A stretch of DNA of 60,919 nucleotides from positions 1 to 60,919 of the forward strand of contig JACAAW010000006.1 in the NCBI GenBank assembly GCA_013377115.1, given 5' to 3'. A model generated the notes under the pieces. It saw only the letters and a program-made list of their open reading frames with translations. It had not been told where the DNA came from and searched no databases. The DNA is from Bacteroidota bacterium. GTDB lineage: Bacteria > Bacteroidota > Bacteroidia > Bacteroidales > CG2-30-32-10. This document shows positions 39,507 to 49,958 of this stretch, one piece after another. Within the stretch, counting starts at the first letter, position 1, and every line of letters begins with the position of its first letter. The position numbers and the translations under genes were made by a program.

Positions 39507-40106
39507 TTATTTACGTTTTAATTTTAAAAATGGAATAAGCATTGGAACTTCTTTTTTGTAAAATAAATATTCGTCGCCAAATTCTTTTATTAATCTTTTT
39601 TCTTCAAGAAATGAGCCCACAACGAGATATGCAATTATGCAAATCACTGCAGTGAGAGTTGAATAAGTTGGAAAACAAATAAAAAACCCCATAAACATTA
39701 CAAAAGTGGCTAAATAAATGGGATGTCTTACAATGCTATTAAATCCTTTTGTATTAAGTTTTGAATTCTCTGGTTTGGGTTTTGAAATTCCAAGAAATTC
39801 CATAGTGCTATAGTTTCTAAAAGCCAAAATAAAAAGAACTATTGAAATAATTACCAGAGTTAATCCTGAATATAAATAAGTTCGGGATGGTTTAAAAACA
39901 TAAAAGGAAATGGATGTTATTTGGAAATGCATAACAGGAAATAAATACAATACTGCTAAAATATTGTAAATTAGCCTGTAGCGATTGGTTCTTCTTTTTG
40001 GGAAAGCTTTAAAATAAAACTCCTTGCAATAATTGGTCGCGAAAAAGCTATGCAGAAAAAAATATAGAATCCAAACTAAAGATAAGGTTATTAATTCTGA
40101 TGGCAT
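39507..40106 (-). CDS. ICMT/PEMT-like (NnrU/MddA-like) membrane methyltransferase
   Basis: LHSFFA, YRLIYN, VRHPIY, EEKRL..FGDEY..Y..EVPMLIP. Confidence 0.75.
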   Translation of the reverse strand: MPSELITLSLVWILYFFLHSFFATNYCKEFYFKAFPKRRTNRYRLIYNILAVLYLFPVMHFQITSISFYVFKPSRTYLYSGLTLVIISIVLFILAFRNYSTMEFLGISKPKPENSKLNTKGFNSIVRHPIYLATFVMFMGFFICFPTYSTLTAVICIIAYLVVGSFLEEKRLIKEFGDEYLFYKKEVPMLIPFLKLKRK

Positions 40107-40111
40107 TATTG

Positions 40112-40630
40112 TTATTTGGTTTTTAATGAATCTTTCGGCGCTTCTGTATTGACAAATTTTAATTTTGGAAGAATGATAGGAGCTATTGATGAAATTGGAT
40201 TGTAAAGCATTGATTTGTTGCGAGTTTCTTTTGAAATCATCGTGCCTTTGTCATCTAATTTGTTAAATATCAATAAAATAACGCTAATAACCAATACCGT
40301 TTTTGCCAATCCAAATACCACTCCTAAAATTTTATTTGGAATGCCCAAAGCTAGCAGGTTAAGTGATTTTTCTAACATTTTTGCAAGAGTGAAAACAATA
40401 ATCAGAACTAAAATAAAAGTAATGATAAAAGCGATAATTGGAGTGTATTTTGGTCCCATTCCTAATGTATTTACCAAAAAACCAGCAGCAAAATTTGAAA
40501 AATAAACTCCACAATAAACGGCTAATATTAATGCAATTAATGAAGCCAATTCAACAACAAATCCCTTTGAGAAACCTTTGTAGGCGAACCAAATCAGTGG
40601 TATGCAAAATAAAATGTCGAGGAAGTTCAT
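40112..40630 (-). CDS. CvpA (colicin V production) family membrane protein
   Basis: MNFLDI, KGFSKGFVVE, NKILGVVFG, SMLY. Confidence 0.85.
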   Translation of the reverse strand: MNFLDILFCIPLIWFAYKGFSKGFVVELASLIALILAVYCGVYFSNFAAGFLVNTLGMGPKYTPIIAFIITFILVLIIVFTLAKMLEKSLNLLALGIPNKILGVVFGLAKTVLVISVILLIFNKLDDKGTMISKETRNKSMLYNPISSIAPIILPKLKFVNTEAPKDSLKTK

Positions 40631-40638
40631 AAGCTGAT

Positions 40639-41385
40639 TTATTTTTTTAACCTTCTTAATAATTCTGTTGCATAAACAAAATCGTTTATTTCAGGATTGT
40701 CAGTTCTTAAAATAGAATCTTTATCACCGGTCCACCACAATTCTCCTTTAAAAATATATGCAATTTTATCGCCAATTTCAATAACGGAATTCATGTCGTG
40801 CGTATTGATAACAGTAGTGATTCCGTATTCTTGAGTTATTTCTGAAATCAAATTATCAATAAGAATAGATGTTTTTGGATCTAATCCAGAATTTGGTTCA
40901 TCGCAAAATAAATATTTAGGGTTCATCGCAATAGCTCTAGCAATTGCAACACGCTTTTTCATACCACCACTAATTTCAGCAGGAAATAATTTGTTGGAAT
41001 TCAATATGTTTACCCTGTTTAAACAAAAATTGGCTCTATCTGTCATTTCTTCTTCCGACATTTTTGTGAACATTGAAAGTGGAAATTTTACATTTTCTTC
41101 AACAGTCATTGAATCAAAAAGGGCAGAACCTTGAAACAACATTCCAATTTCTTTTCTAATTTCCTTTTTTTCTTCTAAAGGCATTTCAGAAAAAACTCGG
41201 TCATCATAAACAATTTGACCTTTGTCAATCTCAATCAATCCAACCAAACAGCGCATCAACACAGTTTTGCCGGAGCCGCTCTGACCAATAATTAAATTCG
41301 TTTTGCCGCGTTCGAAAGAAAAGGAAACGTTTTTTAAAACATCTCTTCCGTTAAATGATTTTGTAATATTTTTAACTTCAATCAT
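40639..41385 (-). CDS. mlaF: MlaF-type ABC transporter ATP-binding subunit
   Basis: GQSGSGKT, LFQGSALFDS, ISGGMKKRVAIARA, DEPNSGLDP; start overlaps the mlaE stop. Confidence 0.88.
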   Translation of the reverse strand: MIEVKNITKSFNGRDVLKNVSFSFERGKTNLIIGQSGSGKTVLMRCLVGLIEIDKGQIVYDDRVFSEMPLEEKKEIRKEIGMLFQGSALFDSMTVEENVKFPLSMFTKMSEEEMTDRANFCLNRVNILNSNKLFPAEISGGMKKRVAIARAIAMNPKYLFCDEPNSGLDPKTSILIDNLISEITQEYGITTVINTHDMNSVIEIGDKIAYIFKGELWWTGDKDSILRTDNPEINDFVYATELLRRLKK

Positions 41386-42116
41386 TAGAGTAATAATTTA
41401 GTTAAAATAAGGTTAAACAAAATAATCATAATGCTACTAAAAACAACCGCTTTTGTGCTTGAGCGTCCAACTTCTAGTGCGCCACCAGAAGTGTAATAAC
41501 CATTATAGCCAGATACAGAGGCGATTAAAAATGCAAAAACAATAGTTTTAATGATAGCATAGAAAACATGAAAAGGTTCAAAAAATATTTGAACACCATA
41601 AACGTAATTATGAGAAGTAACCAATCCAGTTAAGATACAAGCAAGCCAACCTCCAAAAATACCTAAAAACATACTGATGATAATTAAAATAGGATTGATT
41701 AGAAGTGAAGCAATAATTTTGGGCATTATTAGGTAATTTGCAGAATTAACGCCCATGATATCTAAGGCATCAATCTGTTCAGTAACTCTCATAGTACCAA
41801 TTTCAGAAGAAATTCTTGAACCAACTTTCCCAGCTAGAATTAAGCTTACGATTGTTGGAGAGAATTCAAGAATAACAGATTGGCGGGCAGTAAAACCTAC
41901 TGACCAAATAGGCATTAAAGGGCTGTCAATGTTTGCAGCAGTTTGCAAAGCAACAACTGCGCCCATAAAAACTGAAATAATGACAACAATTCCTAAGGAA
42001 TCAAGTCCTAAATTGTCAATTTCGGTAATAATGAGTTTTCGGAGTATCTTGCCTTTATCAGGTCTTTTAAAAACCTGACTCATTAATATGAAATACCTTC
42101 CTAAATGAAAAAACAT
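41385..42116 (-). CDS. mlaE: MlaE-type ABC transporter permease
   Basis: AGKVGS.ISSEIGTMRVTEQIDAL, GGALEVGRSSTKAVV. Confidence 0.9.
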   Translation of the reverse strand: MFFHLGRYFILMSQVFKRPDKGKILRKLIITEIDNLGLDSLGIVVIISVFMGAVVALQTAANIDSPLMPIWSVGFTARQSVILEFSPTIVSLILAGKVGSRISSEIGTMRVTEQIDALDIMGVNSANYLIMPKIIASLLINPILIIISMFLGIFGGWLACILTGLVTSHNYVYGVQIFFEPFHVFYAIIKTIVFAFLIASVSGYNGYYTSGGALEVGRSSTKAVVFSSIMIILFNLILTKLLL

Positions 42117-42239
42117 ATATTCTTAAAATTTTGGTAAAATTAAAGATTATTTGCGAATGTATTTTCAAGAAAGTGAATAATTAAATACCAATTTTATTAA
42201 TTTTGCGTTTTCTATTAAAATACTTTAAACATCAAGCCG

Positions 42240-42389
42240 ATGAAAAAGATTCGCTTTTATTTGATTGCAGTTGCTTGTATTTTGTTTTTAGCAAGTTGTC
42301 ATGGATCTAAACATAGACCAAAGCATCGTAAATGCGACTGTCCTACTTTCACAATAGCTAAAACTGCTGCTACTTTAAAAACTGCTTAA
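42240..42389 (+). CDS. Small (49 aa) predicted lipoprotein, absent from the ORF track
   Basis: MKKIRFYLIAVACILFLASCHGSKHRPKHRKCDCPTFTIAKTAATLKTA*; lipobox LASC; -7 box TAATTTTG 42198-42205; stop is separated by 1 nt from the sprT TTG. Confidence 0.75.
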   Translation: MKKIRFYLIAVACILFLASCHGSKHRPKHRKCDCPTFTIAKTAATLKTA

Positions 42390-42390
42390 A

Positions 42391-43008
42391 TTGCATTCTA
42401 GAGATTATTTTACTGATAATTTAAAAAAATATTTACCGGAGAATTCAATAAATTCTATCGTTGATTTAATTTTTAAATACAAAATTCATTTAAAAATTAC
42501 GAAGGCAAGGAGTTCAAAATTAGGAGATTACCGGCCGCCAATTAGAACCAAGTTTCATCAGATTTCTGTGAATGAAGATTTAGGAAAATATCATTTCTTA
42601 ATTGTTCTTCTTCATGAAATTGCTCATTTAATTGTTTGGGAGCAACATTATAGAAAAGCATTGCCTCATGGAAAAGAGTGGAAAGCTGAATTCAAAAAAA
42701 TAATACTCCCATTTTTAAATTTAAGTATTTTTCCAGAGGAAATTTTAGAAGCATTAATTGTTTTTGTAAAAAGTTCTTTTTCATCAAGTAATGCTGAATT
42801 AAACTTGAATCGTGCTCTAAAAAAGGATTTAAATGGTAGCGATATTTTAATTGAAGATATTCCAGATAACACTGTTTTTAGTTATTCCGGCACAAAAACC
42901 TTTGTGAGGTTACAAACTGTAAAAAAGAGAATTAAATGTAGATGCCTCGAAAATAATCGAATGTATTTATTTAATCCACTTACCAAAATTATTCTAATTG
43001 ATAAATAG
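42391..43008 (+). CDS. SprT-like zinc metalloprotease domain protein
   Basis: R.SKLGDY, LLHEIAH, PHGKEWK, R.KC....NRMYLF. Confidence 0.85.
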   Translation: MHSRDYFTDNLKKYLPENSINSIVDLIFKYKIHLKITKARSSKLGDYRPPIRTKFHQISVNEDLGKYHFLIVLLHEIAHLIVWEQHYRKALPHGKEWKAEFKKIILPFLNLSIFPEEILEALIVFVKSSFSSSNAELNLNRALKKDLNGSDILIEDIPDNTVFSYSGTKTFVRLQTVKKRIKCRCLENNRMYLFNPLTKIILIDK

Positions 43009-43161
43009 GGTGAAGATCTCAATTGTCAGTGTTTTTAGCGAATTGATTAATTAAAAATTTAATACTGTTGACACTTTTAAGGAAAAATTTTCATTTTTTT
43101 TAAAGTTTTATTACCTTTGCCTCCCTTGAATTAAAATAATTGAATTACCTACAATTGAATA

Positions 43162-44253
43162 ATGAATAAAAACAATTATTGCGTGATTATGGCAGGAGGA
43201 ATCGGTACTAGATTCTGGCCAATTAGTAAAACATCTCATCCAAAACAGTTTATTGACATACTTGGTACTGGTAAATCGCTCATCAGACAAACCTATGATC
43301 GGTTTCTAAATGTTTGCTTGAAAGAAAATATTTACATTGTAACCAACGAAATATATAAGAATCTTGTTTTAGAACAAATTCCAGGAATTTCAGTCGATCA
43401 AATTATTTGCGAGCCAACACGCAGAAATACAGCACCTTGTATTGCTTATGCAAGTTATAAAATTGCACAAATTAATCCTGATGCAAATATTGTTGTTGCA
43501 CCTTCTGATCATATTATCTTAAAAGAAGAAAATTTTATTGAAATTATTGAAGCTGCTTTAAAGGCTACTGCTAAAAATAATTGGTTATTAACTCTAGGAA
43601 TTACACCAAGTAGACCAGATACTGGTTATGGTTATATTCAATTCAATCAGGATTCTTGTTATTTAGAAGAAGATAAAATTAAAAAAGTAAAGACATTTAC
43701 TGAAAAGCCAGGCTTAGAAATGGCACAGTCGTTTTTACAAAGTGGCGATTTCCTTTGGAATTCCGGAATTTTCATTTGGTCATTGAAAAGTATCCTTAAA
43801 GCATTTGAAGAATATTTACCAGAAATTGCTACTAGTTTTATTGAGGGAAACTCAAAATACAATACTCCAGAAGAAGAAGGTTTTATTAAAGAAACCTATA
43901 CCATTTGCAAAAGCATTTCCATCGATTATGGAATTATGGAAAAAGCTGATAATGTTTACGTTTTGCGCTCGGATTTTGGTTGGTCGGATTTAGGAACCTG
44001 GGGTTCCTTATACGATACGCGCGAAAAAAATGCAGATGGTAATACTATTGTTGGCAAGAATGTAATCGTTTATGATTCAAAGAATTGTATAGTAAATATG
44101 CCAAATGAAAAACTTGTTGTTATGCAAGGACTTGAAGGTTACATAGTTGTAGAATCAGACAATATTTTATTGATTTGTAAAAAGACTGATGAACAGCAAA
44201 TTAGATCATTTGTAAATGATGTAAAAGTTGAAAAAGGAGAGCAATTCGTTTAG
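43162..44253 (+). CDS. manC: Mannose-1-phosphate guanylyltransferase
   Basis: MAGGIGTRFWP, PKQF, RNTAPCI, PSDH, TGYGYI, FTEKP, WNSGIF, WSDLGTW; -7 box TACCTTTG 43112-43119. Confidence 0.93.
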   Translation: MNKNNYCVIMAGGIGTRFWPISKTSHPKQFIDILGTGKSLIRQTYDRFLNVCLKENIYIVTNEIYKNLVLEQIPGISVDQIICEPTRRNTAPCIAYASYKIAQINPDANIVVAPSDHIILKEENFIEIIEAALKATAKNNWLLTLGITPSRPDTGYGYIQFNQDSCYLEEDKIKKVKTFTEKPGLEMAQSFLQSGDFLWNSGIFIWSLKSILKAFEEYLPEIATSFIEGNSKYNTPEEEGFIKETYTICKSISIDYGIMEKADNVYVLRSDFGWSDLGTWGSLYDTREKNADGNTIVGKNVIVYDSKNCIVNMPNEKLVVMQGLEGYIVVESDNILLICKKTDEQQIRSFVNDVKVEKGEQFV

Positions 44254-44348
44254 AATCCTCTGATTAATATCAAGCTATTTTTGCAAAATAAATTCCTCTA
44301 ATATTCTTTTTTAGTTTAATTTAGTAGTGTTTTAATAATTACTATATT

Positions 44349-45845
44349 ATGATAAAAAGATATTTTCTCCTTTTTGTATTTTCATTATTTTTTTATTCAG
44401 GTTTTACTCAGAATTTTCAGATTTTCAAATCTGGTTATGATTTTTATTATAAAAATTCTTCTGGAAATTTAATGCCAGTTAGATGGGATGATGTTCAAAT
44501 TTCAGCATCTGACACCACATTTTTTTCTTTTAAATCGGTTCGTGATACCAGTGGATTTCAACATTGTGTCGATACAATAGGAGGCTCAATACTTGGCAAA
44601 AAAGCAATAAAATCGATCACAAATAAAGTTTCATTCCTAAATTTTCAAAATGATTCCATTTTCTTTTTCCCGGATGCAATAATCAATGATTCGTGGAGTT
44701 TGTATAATTTTCCTAATGGGTCCTATATTGAGGCGAAAATGACTTCATTGATTACCGACTCGGTTTTTAATAATTTGGATACCATTAAATTTTTTACTTT
44801 ACAGAAAAAAGATATTTCTGGAAATATTATTTCTAGTTCTTTCAATAACAAGCAAATATCTTTAGGAAAAAATAATGGCTTTATACAATTGTTTGATTTT
44901 TATTTATTTCCTAATGATGAGCAAATCTATACTTTAGCTGGAGAGAATTGGCCTGATGTTGGAAACCACAATATCTATCACCGACAAGTTTATGATTTTC
45001 AACCGGGAGATGAGTTTCATATCGATTTTGCCAATGTAAATAATAATCAAGGGGCCGCATCGACTTACATAAAGACAATAAAGAAATGTCTTTCGCGTAC
45101 TGATGATCATTGTGGAAATTCGGTGGCATATTTATGGGAAGAATGCAAAAAAACGGTGATTTCAATTAACAATCCTTTTTCAATTACCACAACTTTTCAA
45201 AATGATACAATCCAAGATTCCATCCATTTTGCTAATTTGGATTTCTTAAGATTTGATCATATTCCTACTGAGTATTTTCTTGATTCTTCTAATACCAATC
45301 TCTCTCCGAATATTTTAACAACATCTTCGCTATACCATGGAAGGACAATAAAATCCTTATTAGATATTCAATATTGGAATGATGGAAATTGTTGGTCAGG
45401 AGCAATAGTTGATCCAGGACCTCCTTATTATGATTATATTGAGGGTTGCGGTGGCCCTTATTATTCAACCATGCCTTGGTTTTTAGGGAATTATTCCAAA
45501 AACGTTCTGGTTTATTATAAAAAAGGAAATGAAATTTGGGGAACTCCTTTAGCTTCTGATTGTAATGCACTTGGAGTAGATGATTTCTTGGCTAATGATA
45601 TTGATGTTTCAGTTTTTCCCAATCCAGCATCCAATAAATTAAATTTTAGAATTGACAAATTTCCATCAAAAAATGAAATTAAAATCGAAATTTTTGATTT
45701 TACTGGAAAAAGTTTAATTGATATTTCTTCAAACAGCAATCAAATTGAAATCGGAACAGAAACCTTACCACCGGGATTGTATTTTTACACTTTGTCAATT
45801 GGTGATAAATTTATTAAATCCGATAAAATTGTAATTGTAAGATAA
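44349..45845 (+). CDS. T9SS type A cargo protein of unknown function
   Basis: Signal peptide; VYDFQPGDEFH, YYKKGNEIWGTP; CTD VFPNPA..GLYFY..KIVI. Confidence 0.8.
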   Translation: MIKRYFLLFVFSLFFYSGFTQNFQIFKSGYDFYYKNSSGNLMPVRWDDVQISASDTTFFSFKSVRDTSGFQHCVDTIGGSILGKKAIKSITNKVSFLNFQNDSIFFFPDAIINDSWSLYNFPNGSYIEAKMTSLITDSVFNNLDTIKFFTLQKKDISGNIISSSFNNKQISLGKNNGFIQLFDFYLFPNDEQIYTLAGENWPDVGNHNIYHRQVYDFQPGDEFHIDFANVNNNQGAASTYIKTIKKCLSRTDDHCGNSVAYLWEECKKTVISINNPFSITTTFQNDTIQDSIHFANLDFLRFDHIPTEYFLDSSNTNLSPNILTTSSLYHGRTIKSLLDIQYWNDGNCWSGAIVDPGPPYYDYIEGCGGPYYSTMPWFLGNYSKNVLVYYKKGNEIWGTPLASDCNALGVDDFLANDIDVSVFPNPASNKLNFRIDKFPSKNEIKIEIFDFTGKSLIDISSNSNQIEIGTETLPPGLYFYTLSIGDKFIKSDKIVIVR

Positions 45846-45881
45846 TTGCATATAATCAAATAATGGTTCTTAGAAATAATT

Positions 45882-47030
45882 ATGAGCAAAAACAGCTTTA
45901 ATAAAGAGGAACTTTTAGGTTATCCCAAGAATGAATTGGTTGATATTATTTTGCAATTAAAAAAGGATGCGCTTGCAATAGAACAAAGGAATACTGAACT
46001 AGAGGATGAAATTGATAGATGCCAAGAGGCTGAATCAAAATTTCATCTTCTTTTTGAAATGTCTGATGATGCAATTTTAGTAATAGAAAAAGGCAAATTC
46101 GTTGACTGCAATAAAGCCGTAGTAAAAATGCTTGGCTACGAAAATAAGGAGCAATTTTTAAATACTCACCCTTCCGAACTTTCTCCAAAACGCCAGCCTG
46201 ATGGAAAGCTTTCTCATCAAAAAGCTGAAGAAATGATGAGGTTAGCCCGAAAAAACGGAAGTCATCATTTTGAATGGATTCATACGAAACTCAATGGGGA
46301 AGATTTTCCTGTTGAAGTATGGTTATCAGCAACAAAATTCAAAGGAAAATATCTGATAAATACCATTTGGCGTGATTTGTCTGAAAGAAAAAGAACGGAA
46401 CTTGAGCTAAATAAAAATTTCAGGGAAAGAGAGGTTTTGTTACAAGAAATTCATCACCGCGTTAAAAACAATCTCCAGATTATCATCAGTTTACTTCGTC
46501 TTCAAAAAAGCAAAATCAATTCGGATGAAATACAGTATCATTTTACTGAAGTAATTAATCGTATTTTGGTCATTTCTTCTGTTCATCAAAAGCTTTATCA
46601 GGAAAAAGTATTGGCACGCATTAATCTAAAATCTTATTTAGTCGAGCTTTCTGAGGAAATAAAACATTCTTCAAAGCGCTTCGAAATAGTTGAAATTCAG
46701 ATAGATACGGATGTTGTTGATGTTGGTTTGAAAACCATAGTTCCATTAGGCCTGCTTGTTAATGAATTGATATATAACTCATTAAAGCATTCATTTGCAA
46801 GTCAAAAATCGCCAAAAATAAGTATTTCTTTAATAGTCGAAAATAGTAGTTCATTCATATTCAAATACCTAGACAATGGAAATTCAACAATGGTAAATAA
46901 TTCACCACAGGATTTTGGTGTTGAATTAATTGAAATTCTTGTTCAACAATTGGAAGGAAATTTGCAAAAAACAATTGGTAAAACTGGATCCAACTATTTA
47001 ATTAATATTAAAAATTTGGACAAACTTTAG
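45882..47030 (+). CDS. Cytoplasmic PAS sensor histidine kinase (HisKA_2 type)
   Basis: PAS (DCNKA..LGY..HPSELSP); EIHHRVKNNLQ; NELIYNSLKHSF. Confidence 0.85.
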   Translation: MSKNSFNKEELLGYPKNELVDIILQLKKDALAIEQRNTELEDEIDRCQEAESKFHLLFEMSDDAILVIEKGKFVDCNKAVVKMLGYENKEQFLNTHPSELSPKRQPDGKLSHQKAEEMMRLARKNGSHHFEWIHTKLNGEDFPVEVWLSATKFKGKYLINTIWRDLSERKRTELELNKNFREREVLLQEIHHRVKNNLQIIISLLRLQKSKINSDEIQYHFTEVINRILVISSVHQKLYQEKVLARINLKSYLVELSEEIKHSSKRFEIVEIQIDTDVVDVGLKTIVPLGLLVNELIYNSLKHSFASQKSPKISISLIVENSSSFIFKYLDNGNSTMVNNSPQDFGVELIEILVQQLEGNLQKTIGKTGSNYLINIKNLDKL

Positions 47031-47064
47031 TCTTTGTATCAAATTAATTTGATTACTAATTGTT

Positions 47065-47097
47065 TTTGAGCTTGTTAAAAATAATTTTCTATATTTG
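47065..47097 (+). promoter_or_regulatory. Canonical Bacteroidota -33/-7 promoter
   Basis: TTTG 47065-47068, 21-nt spacer, TATATTTG 47090-47097. Confidence 0.65.
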
Positions 47098-47125
47098 CTA
47101 AATAGATTCATTAATTCCTCTATTT

Positions 47126-49924
47126 ATGAAGCATAGATACTCCTCAAGAATCCTTTTCATTGCTATTTTTTTTCTTTTTTCCCAAATTGTTTTTTCTAAC
47201 ACTTACACGGTAAGCAATACCAATGATGCCGGTGCTGGCTCACTTCGTGAAGCAATTGGTTTAGCCAACTCCAATCCAGGTCCAGATAATATTTATTTTA
47301 ATATCCCGCTCGCGGATGCCGGATATAATGCAGGTACAGGAACTTGGACAATTAATGTAGTAACATTATGGCCAATGGTTTTGGGCGGTTATACCAATAT
47401 TGATGCTACAAGTCAAACCACAAATCAGGGAAATACCAATTTAAACGGACCGGAAATCGCCATTCAGGGAAATGGAACTTTGGACTATTCCTTCAACCTT
47501 GTTTCTCCAAACAACACAGTCAAAGGTTTTATTGTTAATGGCTTTAATTACGGAATTTTGGTTTATAATTCCACTGCCACTGGGAATCAAATAAATGGAA
47601 ATTATATTGGAACCAACTATAATGGAACAATTGCGGCCGCAATAACCAATCAATATGGAATCGCACTCTCAGGAAGTGCTACAACCACAACAATAATGAA
47701 CAATCTTATTTCTGGGAATGCAATGGGTGGAATTGGTTTAACGGCTTCTAATTCAAACATTTTTAAAGGAAATAAAATTGGAACTGATAGAACTGGAATG
47801 AATAAAATTCCAAATCCATATGGAATAGCTATTGATAATTCTTCGAACAATACTGTTGGAGGTAACTCTGCCGCAACAAGAAATATTATTTCTGGAAATA
47901 TCAGTGCTGGAATTGTAATAAACGGAACTGTTTCATCAGGGAATATTATAACTGGAAACTATATTGGAACAAACGTAAATGGAACTGATTCACTACCTAA
48001 CGACAATGGAATAATTTTGGCTGGTTCCAATAGCACAACAATTGGTGGTAGTTCGAGCAATTTAAGAAATATTATTTCTGGAAACTATTTGGCCGGAATC
48101 GTATTAAATGGAACTGGTACCAGATTAAATAGTATTAAGGGGAATTTTATTGGAACTGCTGTCACAGGAATGCAACATTTGAGCAATCATACTGGAATTA
48201 TTGTAAAAGCTCAAAGCAATTTAAACACAATTGGTGGCACATCAACAGGAGAAAGAAATGTTATTTCAGGAAATATTGAAATTGGAGTTTATATTGAAGC
48301 CAGTGATAGCAATGTCGTTGTGAATAATTTTCTTGGGCCTGATTCCACAGGAATGAATGCGTTTAAAATTGGAGACTCTTTGGTACAGGCAAATGGAATA
48401 GAATTAAATACCGTCGCAAAACGGAATACAATCGGTGGCTCTAATGCCAATACAAGAAATATCATTTCTGGAAATCGTGTTTACGGATTGATTTATTATG
48501 GAAATTGCTCTTATAACAACACTTCTGGAAATTATATCGGAACCAATGTTACTGGCAATGCCGCTTTACCAAATGCAACTGGAATCTGCGTGGATGCCGG
48601 TTCCAACCACAATCAGATGAATAATAATTTGCTGTCAGGAAATAAAAGTTATGGAATCTTTTTCGTAACGACCAACACTTACTATAATGAATTCAAAGGA
48701 AATATAGTTGGACTCAATGCTGCAGGAACCGATACCATTCCAAACGATATTGGTGTTGTATTAGTTGCAGGAACTCGTTACAATCAAATTGGTGGGCTCA
48801 ATGCAGGAGAAAGAAATATTATTTCGGGAAATCGTTATGATGGGATTGAGATCGCCGATAATGGAACCAAGTTCAACCAAATTATAGGAAATTATATTGG
48901 AACCGACATTACCGGAACCATTGCAAAACCAAATGAAAATGGAATTGGAATGGCTACCAACCCAAAATTCAATACTATCGACCAAAACGTAATTAGTGGA
49001 AACGACCGGATGGGAATCATTATTTTTGAATTTGCGGATAGCAATACCATTTCAAATAACAAAATAGGATCCAACGCTTCAGGAACCGCTGCATTGAGTA
49101 ATCATTCTTGCGGAATTGTCCTTTTGCAGGGTGCTTCCAATAATATTATTGGTCCAAATAATACTATTGCGTTTAATGATTCTGTTGGTGTTTTGGTTGT
49201 TGACAATAATACAATTCAAAATAGAATCACAGAGAATTCAATTCATGATAATGGTTTTTTTGGAATTGATTTGGCACCTTATGGTCCGACACCAAACGAT
49301 GCTGGAGATGCTGATTCTGGTCCGAATTTGTTAATGAATTATCCAGTAATTTCTACAAGTGTTTATGATCCAGCAAACAGTTTAACTTGGTTAACGGGAA
49401 CCATCGATTATTCCTACCAGAGTCCATTAGGAATTAAAATTGAAGTTTTTAAATCAGACAATGATCCTTTTGGATTTGGCGAAGGAGAAGTTTATTTGGG
49501 TTCGGCCATTGTTGATGCAAGTGGAAACTGGGCAACAAATTTTCCTGGTGTAACTCAAGCTGATAATTTAACAGCAACGGCTATTGATTTGGCTGGAAAT
49601 ACTTCTGAGTTCTCAGCAAATACAAGTATTGTTGTTGGAATAAAAGAAAACACCAATTCAAACTTTTCATTTTTTCCAAATCCTGTTATCGACAATTTCA
49701 CGATCAATTATTCTTCAGCAAAGGATTCTAAAATTGAAATAAACCTTTATGAACCCAATGGAAAATTGATTGGCAATTTATTCTCTGGAGATTTAAAAAC
49801 AGGCAATAATAGATTAAATCTTAGCATTAATAAATTTTCAAATTTAACTACCGGTATTTATTTTTTAAATATCATCTCGAATGAGGGTAAAAGTGAAATG
49901 AGGAAAATTTCGGTGATTAAATAA
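47126..49924 (+). CDS. Right-handed beta-helix repeat protein with T9SS type A CTD
   Basis: NTNDAGAGSLREAI; nine GN.IG repeats with RN.ISGN; GNTSEFS; CTD FFPNP..GIYFL. Confidence 0.85.
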   Translation: MKHRYSSRILFIAIFFLFSQIVFSNTYTVSNTNDAGAGSLREAIGLANSNPGPDNIYFNIPLADAGYNAGTGTWTINVVTLWPMVLGGYTNIDATSQTTNQGNTNLNGPEIAIQGNGTLDYSFNLVSPNNTVKGFIVNGFNYGILVYNSTATGNQINGNYIGTNYNGTIAAAITNQYGIALSGSATTTTIMNNLISGNAMGGIGLTASNSNIFKGNKIGTDRTGMNKIPNPYGIAIDNSSNNTVGGNSAATRNIISGNISAGIVINGTVSSGNIITGNYIGTNVNGTDSLPNDNGIILAGSNSTTIGGSSSNLRNIISGNYLAGIVLNGTGTRLNSIKGNFIGTAVTGMQHLSNHTGIIVKAQSNLNTIGGTSTGERNVISGNIEIGVYIEASDSNVVVNNFLGPDSTGMNAFKIGDSLVQANGIELNTVAKRNTIGGSNANTRNIISGNRVYGLIYYGNCSYNNTSGNYIGTNVTGNAALPNATGICVDAGSNHNQMNNNLLSGNKSYGIFFVTTNTYYNEFKGNIVGLNAAGTDTIPNDIGVVLVAGTRYNQIGGLNAGERNIISGNRYDGIEIADNGTKFNQIIGNYIGTDITGTIAKPNENGIGMATNPKFNTIDQNVISGNDRMGIIIFEFADSNTISNNKIGSNASGTAALSNHSCGIVLLQGASNNIIGPNNTIAFNDSVGVLVVDNNTIQNRITENSIHDNGFFGIDLAPYGPTPNDAGDADSGPNLLMNYPVISTSVYDPANSLTWLTGTIDYSYQSPLGIKIEVFKSDNDPFGFGEGEVYLGSAIVDASGNWATNFPGVTQADNLTATAIDLAGNTSEFSANTSIVVGIKENTNSNFSFFPNPVIDNFTINYSSAKDSKIEINLYEPNGKLIGNLFSGDLKTGNNRLNLSINKFSNLTTGIYFLNIISNEGKSEMRKISVIK

Positions 49925-49958
49925 TTTATTTAATCCGTTTTGTATGGTTTTTTAATAG

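Noticed and set aside
40639-42116. mlaE/mlaF lacking mlaD as an incomplete system
   Set aside because: A split arrangement with the MCE gene elsewhere is usual in Bacteroidota.
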